Shown: positions 37,917 through 52,539, numbered from the whole stretch's first letter. The stretch: DNA of 64,000 nucleotides, filler included, from Stramenopiles sp. TOSAG23-6 (GCA_900128565.1; 22 parts of 22 records of this genome joined end to end with filler, not necessarily neighbours in it), one strand, 5' to 3'. The notes: generated by a model from the letters alone, not told the origin. Numbers and translations are program-made.

Positions 37917-38628
37917 NNNNNNNNNNNNNNNNNNNNNNNNNNNNNNNNNNNNNNNNNNNNTTAATTAATTAANNNNNNNNNNNNNNNNNNNNNNNNNNNN
38001 NNNNNNNNNNNNNNNNTAATGTACATTTTCAAAATTGAAGTTTTTTTTTCGTACCAAATTTTGTACCTAACAAAGAAATTGAATTTAAAATATTTTTTGA
38101 TTATACATGCTGTGACTGGAATAATTCAGGGTCAAATTCTTTTGCATCCACTTCACGATGATGATTTGTACGTTTTGATTATGAATTTCAAATTTATGTT
38201 TTTTTTTCGTACGAAATTTTGTACCTAACAAATTTCGAATTTAATTTGTTTTTACAATACATGTACTACATTTATCAGAGTGAGTCAACAACTAAATCCT
38301 GTATTTGCAAATAAGGAAATTGATCTTCCTCCTGGGCTTCGTCAAAAAATGAGGGATAAAATCAAATCTAGTACTACTACTAGCGGAAGAGAATAATTAA
38401 AATAATTTTAGTAAAACAAAAAAAAAATGAAAAAAACGGTTACTTAACGGTTCAATTTTTCCAGGTAGTACACTTAAAGTTAAAATAGTATTCACAAATA
38501 AACAAATTGAAGCCAGGCTGATCATTGGCTTCTAATAAAATAAATGTATATGCTTAGCAATGTGTTTCATTAGCAAAATAAATACACATGGTTAGCCATT
38601 TGTTTGATATAGATTATAGCTATCCAAT

Positions 38629-39481
38629 ATGTTTACCAATATCTCTTTGAGACAGGCACGATTAACAATGTACGTCGTTTTCATGCTCCTTATTGAACTT
38701 ACTTCCACAGCAAAGGTGAAGGGAGAACATCATCATATAGGAATGTTGAACGTAAGACACAGGCTCCAAGAAGAAGACGAGAATACTGTTACCTCGGAAA
38801 ATAATGAGTTGGCTGCCTTCACTCGAGATAAGCTTGTGAAGTTTCCTTTTTTTACGCCCCCGACAGGGACAAAACTAAATCAGAAAACTGTCGCAAGAGC
38901 ATNACAACTTGGTATGTATGGAAATAAAGATTATGCTACATCAGTTGCCGTGTTGCCATACCTTCCAAAACATTGTTATGGTGGTACCAGCTTTAGCCCT
39001 AATTGGGTTGGAGATGGGAATTGTAATAGGGAACGTCAGTATAATAATTATTATTGCCGATACGATGGCGGAGATTGTTGCCAAGAAAGTAATCCCAATG
39101 AATTTTGTACAACTGAAAATGTACAATCTTCGCAATGTAACTGCGTTGACCCGCTGTATGCCAAAGGTAAAGCTGGTGAAGAAGGTAAAGAACATATAAA
39201 TAGTTTATTGGCGATAAATAATCTTTTCGCTTCTGTTTTTATTGGGGGGCACTCAACAAGTGGCAAGCTAAATGCAGTTGAGTGCTCGTCAGGTTTTACA
39301 TGTGGAGGGCAAGATGCATACATTAGTGTTGCTGATGTCGTCACAGGTGAACAGAGGGCAATACTTCGTTTTGGGTCAGATAAAGAAGACACCATAGTTA
39401 AAATATTTGTCACTCTAAAAGAAGAAATGTATGTTGTTGGAAATACCAAGGGTGTGATTACTCGACAAAATGAACAAGCGT
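38629..39481 (+). CDS. Secreted/surface protein with LNR (Notch)-like Cys module, first exon
   Basis: Hydrophobic leader; WVGDGNCN..NNYYCRYDGGDCC. Confidence 0.7.
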
Positions 39482-39580
39482 GTACGTTTTATTTTTTTTC
39501 AAATTCGAATTTTTTTTTCGTACGAAATTTTGTACCTAACAAATTTTACTTTTTTTTTGAAATATTTTTCCAAAATACAT

Positions 39581-40825
39581 AGAATTTGGAATAAAAATAA
39601 TCAATGTAGATATAATAATATTCCAAATACCTCACATAAAAATTCACAAAAAAAAGAATTTAGTTGTTGGCCAACTTCAGAGTATACTATAACCCTAACC
39701 CTACTTTTGTTTTTTTTTTTTGATTTTTTTTTTTTGATTTTTTTAATTTTTTTTTTGTATACAATTTTGTACCTAACACAAAAAAATTTACTAAAAAAAA
39801 ATATATATATTGTTTCACTCCACAGACAGGAAGCGTCTGATTTTGGATTTTCAATAAAAACTTGGCAAAATTTTCATAATTTTGCATCTCAAATACATCG
39901 GTTTGATATTGTCAGTATCCCCGCACAAGGTCCACGAACTTCAACAATTTTATTAATTGCAAGTATGGTAGGAATACCATGTATGTTTTATTTTTTTTTC
40001 AATTTTTTTTTTCATACGAAATTTCGTACCTAACATTTTTTTTTGTGATTTCTTATTTTTTCACACTATTTGTCGAATTCTTGAAATGCCAAATATTCAA
40101 TTTACTCATGATATTTGGGCAATGTATATCACAGCCGTTGTTGTACCATCTCCATTTGTTGCAAGGTATCACCGAGTCAGTAATAAAATCATTGCCAATC
40201 TAATTCAATCTAAGACAAAAAATACTGGAACTGTGATGAAGATCATTTCACCATCAATTGTTGACTCCTTACCGTCAGAATGTGTAGCAAAAAATCTAAT
40301 AGAAAATCAAAACGAAAATCAAAAAGAAAATAATGACATTGATGTTATTCGAATAGGTATGGCAGCACGCCATGCATGTGAACGATCACCAGGGATATTT
40401 ATTCATGTTATTAAAAAAATAGAAGAACTTTTACAAAAAATGACTTCTCCAGGGTTTGAAAATATTACATGGCCAATTTGGTTAAATCCTGAACCTCCAA
40501 CAACAACAAAACAAAAAGAAATTTTGTTGGACAATTATTTTGAAATACCAAAACACCGACAAATCGAGTTTACATTTGCTGGTAGTGGTCCTTTATCTTC
40601 AGGTATCCAAGATTTAGCAAAATCATTTAACTTTACTGTGTTGGAAGAATCATTTCCGTATGATAATGAATCATTCAATAATGCATTTAAAAAAAATAAT
40701 AAAATTCTCAGAATGCCAGGTTTTTTAAATCGTGAAGATGTACATCATGTTATATCAACATTTGACGTATATATTAACTCAAGGTTTGGTGAAACATTTG
40801 GAATGACTGTAATTGAAGCACAATC
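39581..40825 (+). CDS. GT-B glycosyltransferase (family 4-like), partial, multi-exon
   Basis: FTFAGSGP..FDVYINSRFGETFGMTVIEA; two family-type introns (GT..AG, GT..TT). Confidence 0.75.
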
Positions 40826-41018
40826 NNNNNNNNNNNNNNNNNNNNNNNNNNNNNNNNNNNNNNNNNNNNTTAATTAATTAANNNNNNNNNNNNNNNNNNN
40901 NNNNNNNNNNNNNNNNNNNNNNNNNTTTTTTCAATTTCGAATTTATTTTTTTTCGTACGAAATTTTGTACCTAACAAATTCTAGTTTTTTTTGTTTGAAA
41001 TATTTTTCCAAAATACAT

Positions 41019-41975
41019 GTTTACAAAGAACAAATCTGCTTAAGAGTCATTGATTTAAAAAAGAACATGACTGGATGTCGTCATAATTTGGAAGTGCTCG
41101 CTGAGATGGCAAATATAGTTAGTGAAACAAAAATGTTTAGGCTTCAAGATGCTGTGGCGACAAATACTCGCAATTTATGTAATCTACAAGAGTCTACATG
41201 TACGTTTTATATGAATTTCTCATTTAATTTTGTTTTTCATACGAAATTTTGTACCTAACGATTTTAATTTTTGAAATATATTTTCATAATCCATTGAAAG
41301 CATCGAATGCTTTAGAAGTAATGCAGATTGTCGTGGGAGGTTCTTTGGCGTTTGATGTCATGGATAGACTTACAGGCGATTGGTCGATAATGAATACTGT
41401 ATGGTTTAAGGGTGCAGCACAGACATTATTTGAGGATAACCCGACGGTTTGGTTTTTTATTAATATGTTGGCGTGGGCAGTAGTAGCATTTATTGTGATA
41501 TCTGCGATGCAACGAATGCAATACAGAAATCAAGGAGAAATTAAATTGCGAATTAAAGTGAATTCAAAGCTCGATCCTGCAGCTTTAAAAACATATTTAA
41601 ATGATAAAGATTTAATGATAGAGCAAAGGTCATTTACTGTAAATAATTCTATTTGCACTGTTGGTTGGCAAGAGAGCACCGCAAAAGATTGGGGAGGATC
41701 AGCTCCTAGAATTACCTTGCGATATGACGAAGCGACTAACTTTATGTTAGATATGTATGTTTTATTTTTTTTCAATTTATAATTTATTTTCGTACGAAAT
41801 TTTGTACCTAACAACTTTTTTTAGATTTTTTTGAAATATTTTTCCAAAATACATGGTACTTTTGTATAGTCGAAGATCTGCTAATAAAAAGATGGTTTTC
41901 AACTCAAGAGAACTAAAGATGACATTACTAACACAAATGAGAGAATCGGGTGTATTAGTGGATGAAGATGACTGA
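41019..41975 (+). CDS. Hypothetical membrane protein, C-terminal exons
   Basis: Three exons joined in frame by two GT...AT family introns, ending at TGA 41975. Confidence 0.65.
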
Positions 41976-42098
41976 TTGAGAGAATTGTGTGTATTAGTGG
42001 ATGAAAATGACTCATTTTGTTTTTTTCATATTTGCTCTAGAGTTACATGTATACTATTTGTACTAAAAAAATAAAAATATTTGTTCAATTTTTGTTTA

Positions 42099-43730
42099 CT
42101 ATTTCAATTTTGTAGCAATTATAAAGATTCCAATCCCAGATGTTTGAATGCGAATTGACAACGAATCAGAATAATCACGAAATAAATTTCGTAATTCTGA
42201 TTCTGACCACCAATGAGAAGAATATTTAGTGGAAGGAACGAATAAATTTGCCCCTTCAAAATCGCAGTATTCATCTAAAATCTCACCACATAATCTAGGA
42301 TTCTTTTTATAAAATTCCTCTACACCACATCTGAATTTTTCAGCCCACCAACAGCCCAAGACAACAATTCCTCCGACACCAGCCGCTTGAATCATTTCAT
42401 CAATGACAGTTTCACGAATACTCTCTGGAAATATACCAAATGTATTCATCACCACTGCTACTACACGACCATGTTGAATACCATCAACACCAACTTTTAG
42501 TTTCGATGATTTCAATTCTTCAACTAGCTTCATAGCATTTCCTTTTATTAATTGAACATTCTCTGCTGTGCCGAGAGCCACCGGATGAATTTCAACAGCC
42601 AAGTCTACTACATTGTGAAAAAATATTTCAAAAAAAAAATCATTATGTACAAAATTTCGTATAAACAAAAACAAATTTGAAATGTATGCTGAAAACGTAC
42701 GCATATGTTGACTCAATTCAACACCAACTAACCTTGAAGCTTTATTATGTCTACTGACAGCAGCTAGTAGTTCTGCTGTACCACATCCGACTTCGACAAG
42801 TTCAGACTTTTCAACGCCGTCACAATTTTTATTGGATACTTCTTGAAGTAAATTCTCTACCAAATGAACTTCTGCACGAAATAATTCCTTCATAGGTTTG
42901 CATTTTCCAGTATACATTGCATCACGCCAAACACGTGGTAATTCAGCATTTTCCCACACATCATTTGTTTTTCCATCACCAGAAAGGCCTATGTTTTTTG
43001 GACTACCCAAAGGAGTCAAATGTTTTGTATCAAATTCTATTCCTTCTGAATTAGCAGAGGTTTTACTTTCTTCAAAATTCTCGGAAGCATCGATAACATC
43101 TATAGTGATGTTTTCTATATCCTTTTTAATGATCCAAAACCTTTCATATGTACCAAAATGGTTTGACGTACGATTATCTAATACTTGCAAAGCGCCAGTT
43201 TTGACGACTGTCAAACAATTTCTCTTTTTATTTTTTTCTAAATTGATCGAGGATAAAATACTGGAGTAAGCCGAAGACGCAGCTGGATTTATTTCCGCTT
43301 CCTTTGAATCAATACATGTTTCGCGAAAGAAAAAGAAACCACTTGGTCTTAACCACTTTCGTATATTACGGAATAAAGTTTCACGATCAGCAGTTGAAAA
43401 TTGTTCAAAACCCCATTGTGCACTTACAATAACGTCAAATGAGTCGGCATCAAAGAGTATATTCAATGAATTTTCGCACACCATTTCAACATTTCCTTGA
43501 ATATCGATAGCTTTGAGTTTTTCCTGAGTGAAATCAATACAAGATTGATTAAAATCTAAAATAATCAAGCTACTTGCCTCTTTAGCAAGATGAGCAGAAA
43601 AGCGACCGTTTCCACAACCTACTTGAAGCACACGCTTTCCAGATACATTTGGCAAATTGTGGACAATTTCATGAACTTCGTCCTGAACTAATACCGAAAG
43701 AGAATCCGATACTACATTCGGAGGCAGCAC
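42099..43730 (-). CDS. Tandem SAM-dependent methyltransferase (N domain resembles phosphoethanolamine N-methyltransferase); in-frame family intron 42608-42700 (GT..AG)
   Basis: VLQVGCGNGRFS..WLRPSGFFFFRETC and a second motif I, LVEVGCGTA. Confidence 0.8.
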   Translation of the reverse strand: MLPPNVVSDSLSVLVQDEVHEIVHNLPNVSGKRVLQVGCGNGRFSAHLAKEASSLIILDFNQSCIDFTQEKLKAIDIQGNVEMVCENSLNILFDADSFDVIVSAQWGFEQFSTADRETLFRNIRKWLRPSGFFFFRETCIDSKEAEINPAASSAYSSILSSINLEKNKKRNCLTVVKTGALQVLDNRTSNHFGTYERFWIIKKDIENITIDVIDASENFEESKTSANSEGIEFDTKHLTPLGSPKNIGLSGDGKTNDVWENAELPRVWRDAMYTGKCKPMKELFRAEVHLVENLLQEVSNKNCDGVEKSELVEVGCGTAELLAAVSRHNKASRLVGVELSQHMRTFSAYISNLFLFIRNFVHNDFFFEIFFHNVVDLAVEIHPVALGTAENVQLIKGNAMKLVEELKSSKLKVGVDGIQHGRVVAVVMNTFGIFPESIRETVIDEMIQAAGVGGIVVLGCWWAEKFRCGVEEFYKKNPRLCGEILDEYCDFEGANLFVPSTKYSSHWWSESELRNLFRDYSDSLSIRIQTSGIGIFIIATKLK

Positions 43731-44118
43731 NNNNNNNNNNNNNNNNNNNNNNNNNNNNNNNNNNNNNNNNNNNNTTAATTAATTAANNNNNNNNNNNNNN
43801 NNNNNNNNNNNNNNNNNNNNNNNNNNNNNNAATTTTGTACCAAAACAAAAAAAAATCAATTTTTTTTTTTTTTTTGAAATCGTTAATTTTTTTTTAACTA
43901 TGAAATTTTGTACCAAACAAAAAAAAATCAATTTTTTTTTTTTTTTTTCTTTACCAAAAAAAAAAAAAACTAATTTTTTTTTTTTGAAACGGTAAATTTT
44001 TTTTTTTTTTTTTTGAAATTGTACATTTTTTTTTTTTTTTTTTGAAATCGTACATTTTGTAGTACATTTATTTCATACATACCTAACAAAACACAAAAAG
44101 AATTGTAAAAAATATTGT

Positions 44119-45935
44119 TTGACAATATTGTATTCTCCATTTTATTTTTGTTTGTTGAACGTTTTAGGTAATTTTATTGTTCTTAATATTTTTGTTGCTA
44201 TTTTATTAGCTAGATTTGATGAAAATGACATTGATGGTGATATTGATATTGATGATGATATTGATGATGATGATATTGATAATAATGGTAATAATGGTAA
44301 TAATAACAAAAATGGTACAAAAATTTGTTCAAATAAATTGGAAAAAAAAATGGAAAAAAAAAAATATTGTTCAAGATTGTATAAAAAAATCAATTCTTAT
44401 ATACATTATATNCAATCTTTATTATCTAAGAATAATTGTAGAAAGAAACAAAATAGTGTTGAAATTGTTCAATGTAATACAAAACACGAAAAAAATGATG
44501 GAATTTGTTTACATAAAATGAATACAAAACAAATTGAACAAATTGAATCTAAATATAACCCTAACCCTAGCCCTAACCCTAGTCATATGTCTGTAGTGAC
44601 TTCTCATTTGTATGAAAGTATTCAAAATGGTACAAATGTTGATGATATTGATGATATTGATGATATTGAGGTAGGAAATTATCATAGAAAAAATACAAAA
44701 AATACAAAAAATACAAAAAAAATAAAAAAAATAGAAATTCAAAAAAATAAAATGGAAATATTCAATAAAAATCCTAACCCTAACCCTAATCAATCTGNTC
44801 TTCGATCACCCAATGGAAAACATATTTTATTTAAAGGTGTTGGTAAAGCAGTCATTAAATTACAAAAAGAATTAGATCATGTATGTTATACCCTAACCCT
44901 AATCATTTAAAAATTTAAAAAAAAATTTAAAAAAAAAAAATTTTTTAAAATTCAAATTTTTTTTTTCGTAGATAAATTTGTACCTAATTCTTCAAAAAAA
45001 AAAAAAAATTGACAAATTTCAAAATGTTTTGATTTTTTATTGACAATATATGTTCATAACAATAAAACGTTTGGATTTGGTCGTCATGATTTCAAAGCAG
45101 ATTTGTTTGCGGTTGACACAATTATAGATAAAGAAGCCCATATTTGTATGGATATACAAAAGATTAAAAAAAAGGAAAAAGAAAATTTTTTAGCTTTACA
45201 AAACACGAAATCCTTGAATTTTTTACGTATGGACAGTAGAATACGAACAGTAGCCCTAACCCTAATTACACACAAATATTTTGAACATTTAATATTGTTT
45301 TGTATAGGTATTTCGTGTATTACGTTAGCATTAGATGAACCATGGGTGTCCGAATGTCGTCATTTACCATCAACGCATAATGTATTTTGAATATTTTGAA
45401 TTTTTTTTTTTTTTTAGTTTTCATACGAAATTTTGTACCTAACAAAAAAAATCAAAAAAAAAAATTTTTTTGAAATATTTTGGACAATATATGAAGAATG
45501 TAAAGTGTATGGCCTTGTTCTATTTACTATTGACATCATTATTACCATAATTTTCTCAGTAGAAGCCATTTTAAAAATCATAGGGTTAGGGCTTTTTGCA
45601 CATGTATTTTATTTCAATTGATTTTTTTTTTTTTTTCAGTCAAAAATTTTTTTTTTTCATACGAAATTTCGTACCTAACAAACAAAAAAAAAAATTTGAA
45701 AAATATTTTTTCATTTATACAGAAAGGCGCTTATCTTCGATGTTACTGGAATATACTTGATTTTGTAATTGTCATTATTGCAATAATATCGATTTTACTT
45801 GATATTCTTATTGATGGAAATGCCATTTTGAATTCTTTACGGGTGGTTAGAGCATTACGTGCTTTACGTCCACTGCGAGTGGTACGAAAATTTCCTGGAT
45901 TACGACTTGTTCTTCAAGCAATTATGTACGTTTGC

Positions 45936-45968
<33 letters not shown>

Positions 45969-46515
45969 TTTTAAATTTTAAATTTTGTACAAAATTTCGT
46001 ACCTAACAAAACATTTTTTTTTTTAAATTTTTTTAAATTTTTTTTTAAATTTTTTTTAATTTTTGTTTAAAATTTTTTTTTAATTTTTTTTTAATTTTTT
46101 TACTAAAACTATATTCATCAATCTGTATATATATTCTTTACATTACATACGTACAATACCATCAGTTATGAATATGTTAATTATATTATTTGTTTGGTTT
46201 TTTATATTTGCTATTATTGGGTTACAAAATTGGCGTGGAGCATTACGGTATTGCAATGATCCTGATATTACAACAAAATCAAAATGTATTGGTTATTTTC
46301 AAGTCAAAAATGACACGTGTCATTATTTACAAAATAATGTTTTGATACAAAGATGTCTTGACACAACAGATACATCGTTAGATCGAACATTTCCAAGAAT
46401 TTGGCAATCAAAACAAGCAAATTTTGATAATATTTTTAATGCAATTTTAACTGTTTTTGAAATAGCTTCAGGTGAAATGTGGCCAGATATTATGTATACA
46501 GTTGTTGATGCTGTC
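44119..46515 (+). CDS. Four-domain voltage-gated Ca2+/Na+ channel alpha subunit, fragment (domain II S6 to domain III pore)
   Basis: GNFIVLNIFVAILL, GAYLRCYWNILDF, S4 LRVVRALRALRPLRVV, pore FEIASGEMW. Introns 44881-45051 (AT), 45382-45492 (AT), 45604-45722 (AG), 45926-46148 (AT). Confidence 0.9.
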
Positions 46516-46734
46516 GTATGTTTTTTTTTTTTTTTTGAAATATTTTTTTTTTTTTTTTTTGAAAATTTTTTTTTTTTTTGAAATTTTTTTTTTTTTTTTG
46601 AAATATTTAAAAATTTTTTTTTTTTTTCATAATTNNNNNNNNNNNNNNNNNNNNNNNNNNNNNNNNNNNNNNNNNNNNTTAATTAATTAANNNNNNNNNN
46701 NNNNNNNNNNNNNNNNNNNNNNNNNNNNNNNNNN

Positions 46735-49430
46735 CATTTGTTGTATCAATTTCCATGCTAGGGTTAGGGTTTTCATCGATGTTTTGTTCATTATTATTTT
46801 TATTTTTTAATGAAGAATTTTCTTTTTTTTTACGTTTTTTTTTATACTTACGCATCGCAGCTTCAATTGCATCATCTTTTAATTGTTTAGCTTCATCTAA
46901 ATGTGTTGTATGAAAATATATCAACAGAAAAAATTAAATTTAATATTCGATGAAAAAAAAAATTGAAAAAAAAAAAAAAAATTTTAAAAATTGAAAAAAA
47001 AAAAAATTGAAATTGTTGCTGAAAAAAACCTACATATTTTTGCTTCTTGTCATTTTCCATCGTACGCCATAATTTCCCCATTGCTTTTGCGACTTCACCA
47101 GTAGATACAGTTTTGACTTCATCTTCAATATTATTTTCTTCCCAAACAGTTTCGTTCCAATCGTCTCCCGCGTTTTTTTCCGCATCTTCGCGCGCTTTTT
47201 CTCTTGCTTCAATAGCGGCAATTTTTCGTTCTTTTTGTAACTGTTTACGCAAGGATTTTTGTGTAGCCACACTAAATAACATATAACCAGATAAAGTCCT
47301 TTTCACTTTATATTTTGAATTATTTTTATTTCGTGTTTTTTTTTTGTTTTTTTTTTGAAATTTTGAAATTGATATTTTTCTTTGAAGTAAACAATTTTGT
47401 ATTTCGTGTCGTAGCCATACAATCAAATTTTCACATTCAACATCAGCAGTGATGAGATCTTCTTCTTCTTTTTCTTCTTCTTCTTCTTCTTCTGAATTTT
47501 TATCATTCTTTTCATTCGTTTCATCAGTATCAAGTAACGCTAAATCTCTTTGTTTTTTATAAAATTGATTTCGTTTTTTATTACGTAATTTAATTTTTTT
47601 TGTTGCACATTTTTGCTCAATTTCAGATTTACAATTTTCAATCGCACTTTTTGCATTTGCTCTACGCATTGTTCGTTTATTGGCCCTGTATTTTGAAAAT
47701 ATATATATATATTTTCTTTTGTTTTCTTTTGTTTTGTTAGGTACAAACAAAATGTACGAAAAAAACACAATTTTTTTTTTTTTTTTTTTTTTTACGTTTA
47801 GGTACGAAATTTTGTATGAAAAGAAAATAAATTTGAAATTGAGTAAAACAAAAACGTACATATATTCTTGCGCTTTTGTTCGTTTTGCTTTGACAAGTTT
47901 TAATTTATTAAGTCGTCCAATCACTTCAAATTCATTTCGATGATGATATTTGTTTTTCTTAGATTTCGTGTTTTTTTTACTATTTTGATTATTTTGTTGT
48001 GTTGATGTTTTTTTTTGTACTCCTCCTCGACCTGCACCAGTAGGTAATGCAGTTTTTGATACTTTTTTATTATCATTATTATCATTATTAATGTCATCAT
48101 TATCATCATTATCATTATTATTTTTATCATTATCATCATTATTATCATCATTATTATCATCATTATTATCATCATTATTTTCATCATCATTATTATCATC
48201 CTTATTATCATTATTATTATCATCATTATTATCATCATTATTATCATCATCAGCTTCATCAGCTTCATTTTGAATTTCTTCATCATTCATATCTACACTC
48301 AACATTGCAGCAACACTTTCCATTTGTTGCATTTCACTATCTAAAGAATGATACAAAGTTCGTAATAAATGATCTTCATTTATTTTGGAAAAATATTTAA
48401 AAAAAAAATCGTTAGGTACAAAATTTACTATAAAAAAAACATTCGATTTTTTTGTAAAAAAAATAAATAAAACATACATGTTTTGTCCATGGTATTTTTG
48501 ATTGTCTTGATTCTTTTTCTTCATCAACTTTACAAAATGCATCATAAACGTACAAAAAAATATTTTGAAAAAAAAAAATTAGGTACGAAATTTTCATACA
48601 AAAACTTTGGAAAAAAAATAATTTGAAAAAAAAAAAAAAAAATTTGGTACATTTTGGTACAAAATTCATAGATAAACGTACACGTAATTTGTTGATTGCA
48701 ATTTGGTACGTTTTTTCTCTATCAAATGTCAAAGATTGATCATCTTCTGCAAATGTTGTACCTGAATTTTCATCATTTTGAATAGGGTTAGGATTATCTA
48801 AAATATCTTCCATTTCAATTTCTTCATTTTCACCTTCATATGTATTTTGGAAAAATACTTCAAAAAAAAATTCAAAATTTGTTAGGTACAAAATTTCGTA
48901 CGAAAAAAATAAATTCAAAATTTAAAAAAAAATAAAACATACATGTTGTTGGTTGAATTGTATCTTCATCATCCCCACCTTTACCATATTTCATAGCATG
49001 TAATTTGAATAATATTGTAGAAATTGTATACGATATATGAATGATTCAAATAAATTTCAAAAAAAAAATTAAATTTCAAAAAAAAAAAAAAATTTCAAAA
49101 AAAAAAAAAAAATTAACAAAAACAAAATCAAATTGTACCTACAGTAGGATCCATATAATGACGATGAATTTGTAGATTCTCTCTATGAGATCTCCAAAAT
49201 AAAATTTCTACAAATAATGCAGGATTTTTCTGAGCAGCCACAAAAAAATGTCTAATTATAGAAGACACGAAATATCGTAAATCTTGAAATCTTTTTTGTT
49301 TTGTATACGGATCGGATAAAATTTTATCAAAAATCATAAAAGAACTAAGTTGCCATAAAACAGACTCTAAATCCCCCTTTTCTTGTTTATATTCAACATT
49401 TTGTATACGTTGTAAGAAATGCATTATATA
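46735..49430 (-). CDS. Timeless/Tof1-like protein, C-terminal part with an HMG-box-like segment; multi-exon, partial
   Basis: LWQLSSFMIFDKIL..KNPALFVEILFW (Timeless); VKRTLSGYMLFS..EVAKAMGKLWRTM (HMG-like). Confidence 0.65.
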
Positions 49431-49692
49431 CTATATATTGTGAAAATATGTCAGATTTAAGTTGTTTTATAAGTACAATTTTTTTTTTTTTTTTTTTTTT
49501 TGTAAAAAAATTTTTACAAAAAAAAAAAATTAAAAAANNNNNNNNNNNNNNNNNNNNNNNNNNNNNNNNNNNNNNNNNNNNTTAATTAATTAANNNNNNN
49601 NNNNNNNNNNNNNNNNNNNNNNNNNNNNNNNNNNNNNTAGGTACAAAATTTCGTACGAAAAAAAAACGAATTTGAAAAAAAATAAAACATAC

Positions 49693-50758
49693 TATGATTT
49701 CCCTTGGACTGATATGAACAATCATTCCCGCAAATTCTTCATTGGTATCACCATTTGCTACAACAACTTCACTACCTACATTAAATTCGGTCTCATCGTC
49801 TCCGTAATAAAATTTCCCTATTTTTACAAAGCACTTTACAAGTATTGTGTAAAACTATTTCAAAAAAAAAATCATTAGGTACAAAATGTTCAATAAAAAA
49901 AATAAATTCGAAATTGAAATGAAAACGTACACTCGGTCCAAGTGACTTATCAAAAGCTACTGCTGCTGCACTCCAATCATCATGAATTTTTCTGAGATCT
50001 TCAATAATAGAATTTTCTACCAATTGATACCGCAGGGTGTCTTCTTCACAAGTTCCGCCCACGAGTAAAGGCCCTTCCCAGCCATCATGGACAGTTTTAA
50101 GATTCACGCCACCAGCTAACCCACCATTTTCAGGTTTTGCAGACTTGGAACGTAAATTACGTTTACTTACACGTCGTGACCCTTCACTATTGCGGTTTTT
50201 ATTGATGCAACCTTCCATTTCTTTTATTTCATCTTCTAGTTCTTTCATGAGGTCAACTTGAAGATCCGACTTGTTTGTTTGACAAATCTCCTCCGCGGCG
50301 CGCTTATTATATTCAAACATATTTTCAATACACTTAATCTTAAGCTCTTTATCAGAAGATATTTCTTTAAGTTCCTGTTTCAATGCGTCGTCAAACGTGT
50401 CACATTTCTGGATATATTCTGGGCAAAGTCCATCCTTTATCTCTTTGAGTTTTAGCTTGAGCGCCACTATTTTGCGGTTGTAAAAATCGTCACGTGGGTC
50501 AAAATTTTCCTCTGATGCATCATTTTGTTCATCATTTAAATTGCTACTATTACCATTTTCATTAGATGACACGGTTGAAATGTCTTCCATGGGAGTATCA
50601 GCGTTTACTGAACTTCCACTCCCCGGGCTAGACTGCGATGCGTCATTGGGGGAGGCAGAGGTCGACTCAGATTTCGTCTTTGATCTTTTGCTATCCGATT
50701 CCACAGAGGATTCCATATCACCATGTGAGCGCTTTGGTGGTGGTGTAGGTCCAGCCAT
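49693..50758 (-). CDS. Sds3-like (Sin3 complex) coiled-coil protein, 3'-partial; intron 49840-49930 (GT...TT)
   Basis: LKEIKDGLCPEY.. coiled coil, RNLR, YQLVENSIIEDL; frame restored by intron removal. Confidence 0.6.
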
Positions 50759-51038
50759 GAGCTAACTATACAGAATAATACGCTTGGGCCTTAAAAAATA
50801 GGTTTTCAGTGTACTTTTTTGAGGCAAAGCAAGTCGTGTCTCTCTAGATCGGTCGTCGAGTTCGTGCCACGTGGCAAACTTCTTGCCGCTTGACTGACAA
50901 ACCTGCTTCTTCGAGTCAAACACACGAGCCAGCGTGACTTGTGGAGAGTGACATTATTTTATTTTTGCTCTCCTTTCGTTCGTTGTTGTCACCTTGGAGC
51001 TTCTTTAATTTAATAAGCTTCAATCAAGGCCAATTGAA

Positions 51039-52439
51039 ATGGCTAATTATCCACATCCACATTCGCAGCAACAGCAGCAAATGTATTATCAACAGCAGCA
51101 GCAACAATTTTATCAGCAGCAGCAGGCTGCTTACTACGCCCAGCAGCAGCAGCGTCGTCCAGCGGCACCTCAGCCAGTACGTCAAAAGCGCGTGTTGCAA
51201 ATTACCACGCCAGATGGTGCAGAGGTAGACCTTTCGGTTCAAAAGGCCAAGGCGGCTGCAGCCGAAAAGGCAGCTGCTGAAAAGGTTGCTGAGGAGGCCA
51301 AAATTGCAGAGTTGCAGGGCAATACTCGACGTGCAGAAATCCCAGTTGTGAACGTAGCTCCCACCACAACTTCTAATCTGACTGTTGCAGCAGCGCAACC
51401 CTGGGAAAGTAGGGAAGTTCCTCCAATTCCAAAGGTAAATGTACCTACTCAAGCTCACAACCTTTCCTTTCGACCAGGAGGTCGCGCTGATATTCCTTCA
51501 ATGTCAGTTCGGGCACGCACTCTTTCACAGCCAAAGCGCAGTATAGCAAAAGTCACCTACGCAAAAAAACTTTTATTAGCTTTTCGTGGCCTAAAACAGT
51601 TGCAAGTTCTTCCTGATAAAATTGCCGAAGGAGGTAAATACTCAATTTCTAATGCACCTGTTACATCCCCACAGAATCCAAGGATGGTTTCGCGAAATAG
51701 ACCCTCTGATTCAGAACAAGATCGCCGTGGTGGTCAATCTCATTCCTACAGTAAGCGACGTGGGCCTAGAGATTCACCTGCCGGTTGGTCCAGAGGTGCA
51801 AAGGCACCTTCTCAGCGTCACAATAAAGGACGTCACAAGAAAAATGATTATTACTCTGATCCAGATGTTAGTGGCTATGTGTTAAAAACAAATGAAAACC
51901 CTTGGACCAGAGAAAAGGCAGCGTCTGATGGTGTTGAAGCTTGTCATAAACTCATGATTTCACTATTGAATAAACTGACCAGAGAAAAATTCGATAGAAT
52001 CACACGCCAAATTTTGGACATTGACTTTACCACTCGCCCTCAATTAAAGAGAATGATTTACTGTATTTTTGATAAGGCGTTGATGGAGCCACATTTTTCT
52101 GAATTATATGCTGATGTATGTGTTGAACTTGCGCGCGTATCAGAAGAACGTTCATCTTCATTAGTACAAATTCGAAATTCAGGTGGGAAGTTTTTCTTCG
52201 ACGTTGGGGATCCTGATGAACCTGCTTCTAAGAAAGCGTATGACACGGAAGCAGACGCTATGAAGGCGGGGAAAAAACTGTCTAGTTTTAAACGTATACT
52301 ACTGAACAAATGTCAAGAAGAATGTATGTTTTTTTTTTTTTCAGTTTCGATTTTTTTTTTTTTGGTTTCGTATGAAATTTTGTACCTAACAAATTTTACT
52401 TTTTTTTTTGAAATATTTTTCCAAAATACATTTCCCCCA
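51039..52439 (+). CDS. eIF4G: Translation initiation factor eIF4G, 3'-partial
   Basis: eIF4E-binding YAKKLLL; MIF4G SLLNKLTREKF, IFDKALMEPHFSELYA, FKRILLNKCQEE|F. Confidence 0.9.
52324..52431 (+). mobile_element. Introner-family intron, GT...AT
   Basis: GAA T|GTATGT..AAAATAC-AT|TT gives the conserved LLNKCQEEF. Confidence 0.85.
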
Positions 52440-52539
52440 NNNNNNNNNNNNNNNNNNNNNNNNNNNNNNNNNNNNNNNNNNNNTTAATTAATTAANNNNN
52501 NNNNNNNNNNNNNNNNNNNNNNNNNNNNNNNNNNNNNNN

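Noticed and set aside
260-52431. Family introns as standard U12-type (AT-AC) introns
   Set aside because: Donors lack RTATCCTT, the branch lacks TCCTTAAC and lies more than 30 nt from the acceptor; the AT-AC register would change conserved ASCC3 D-R to E-C.
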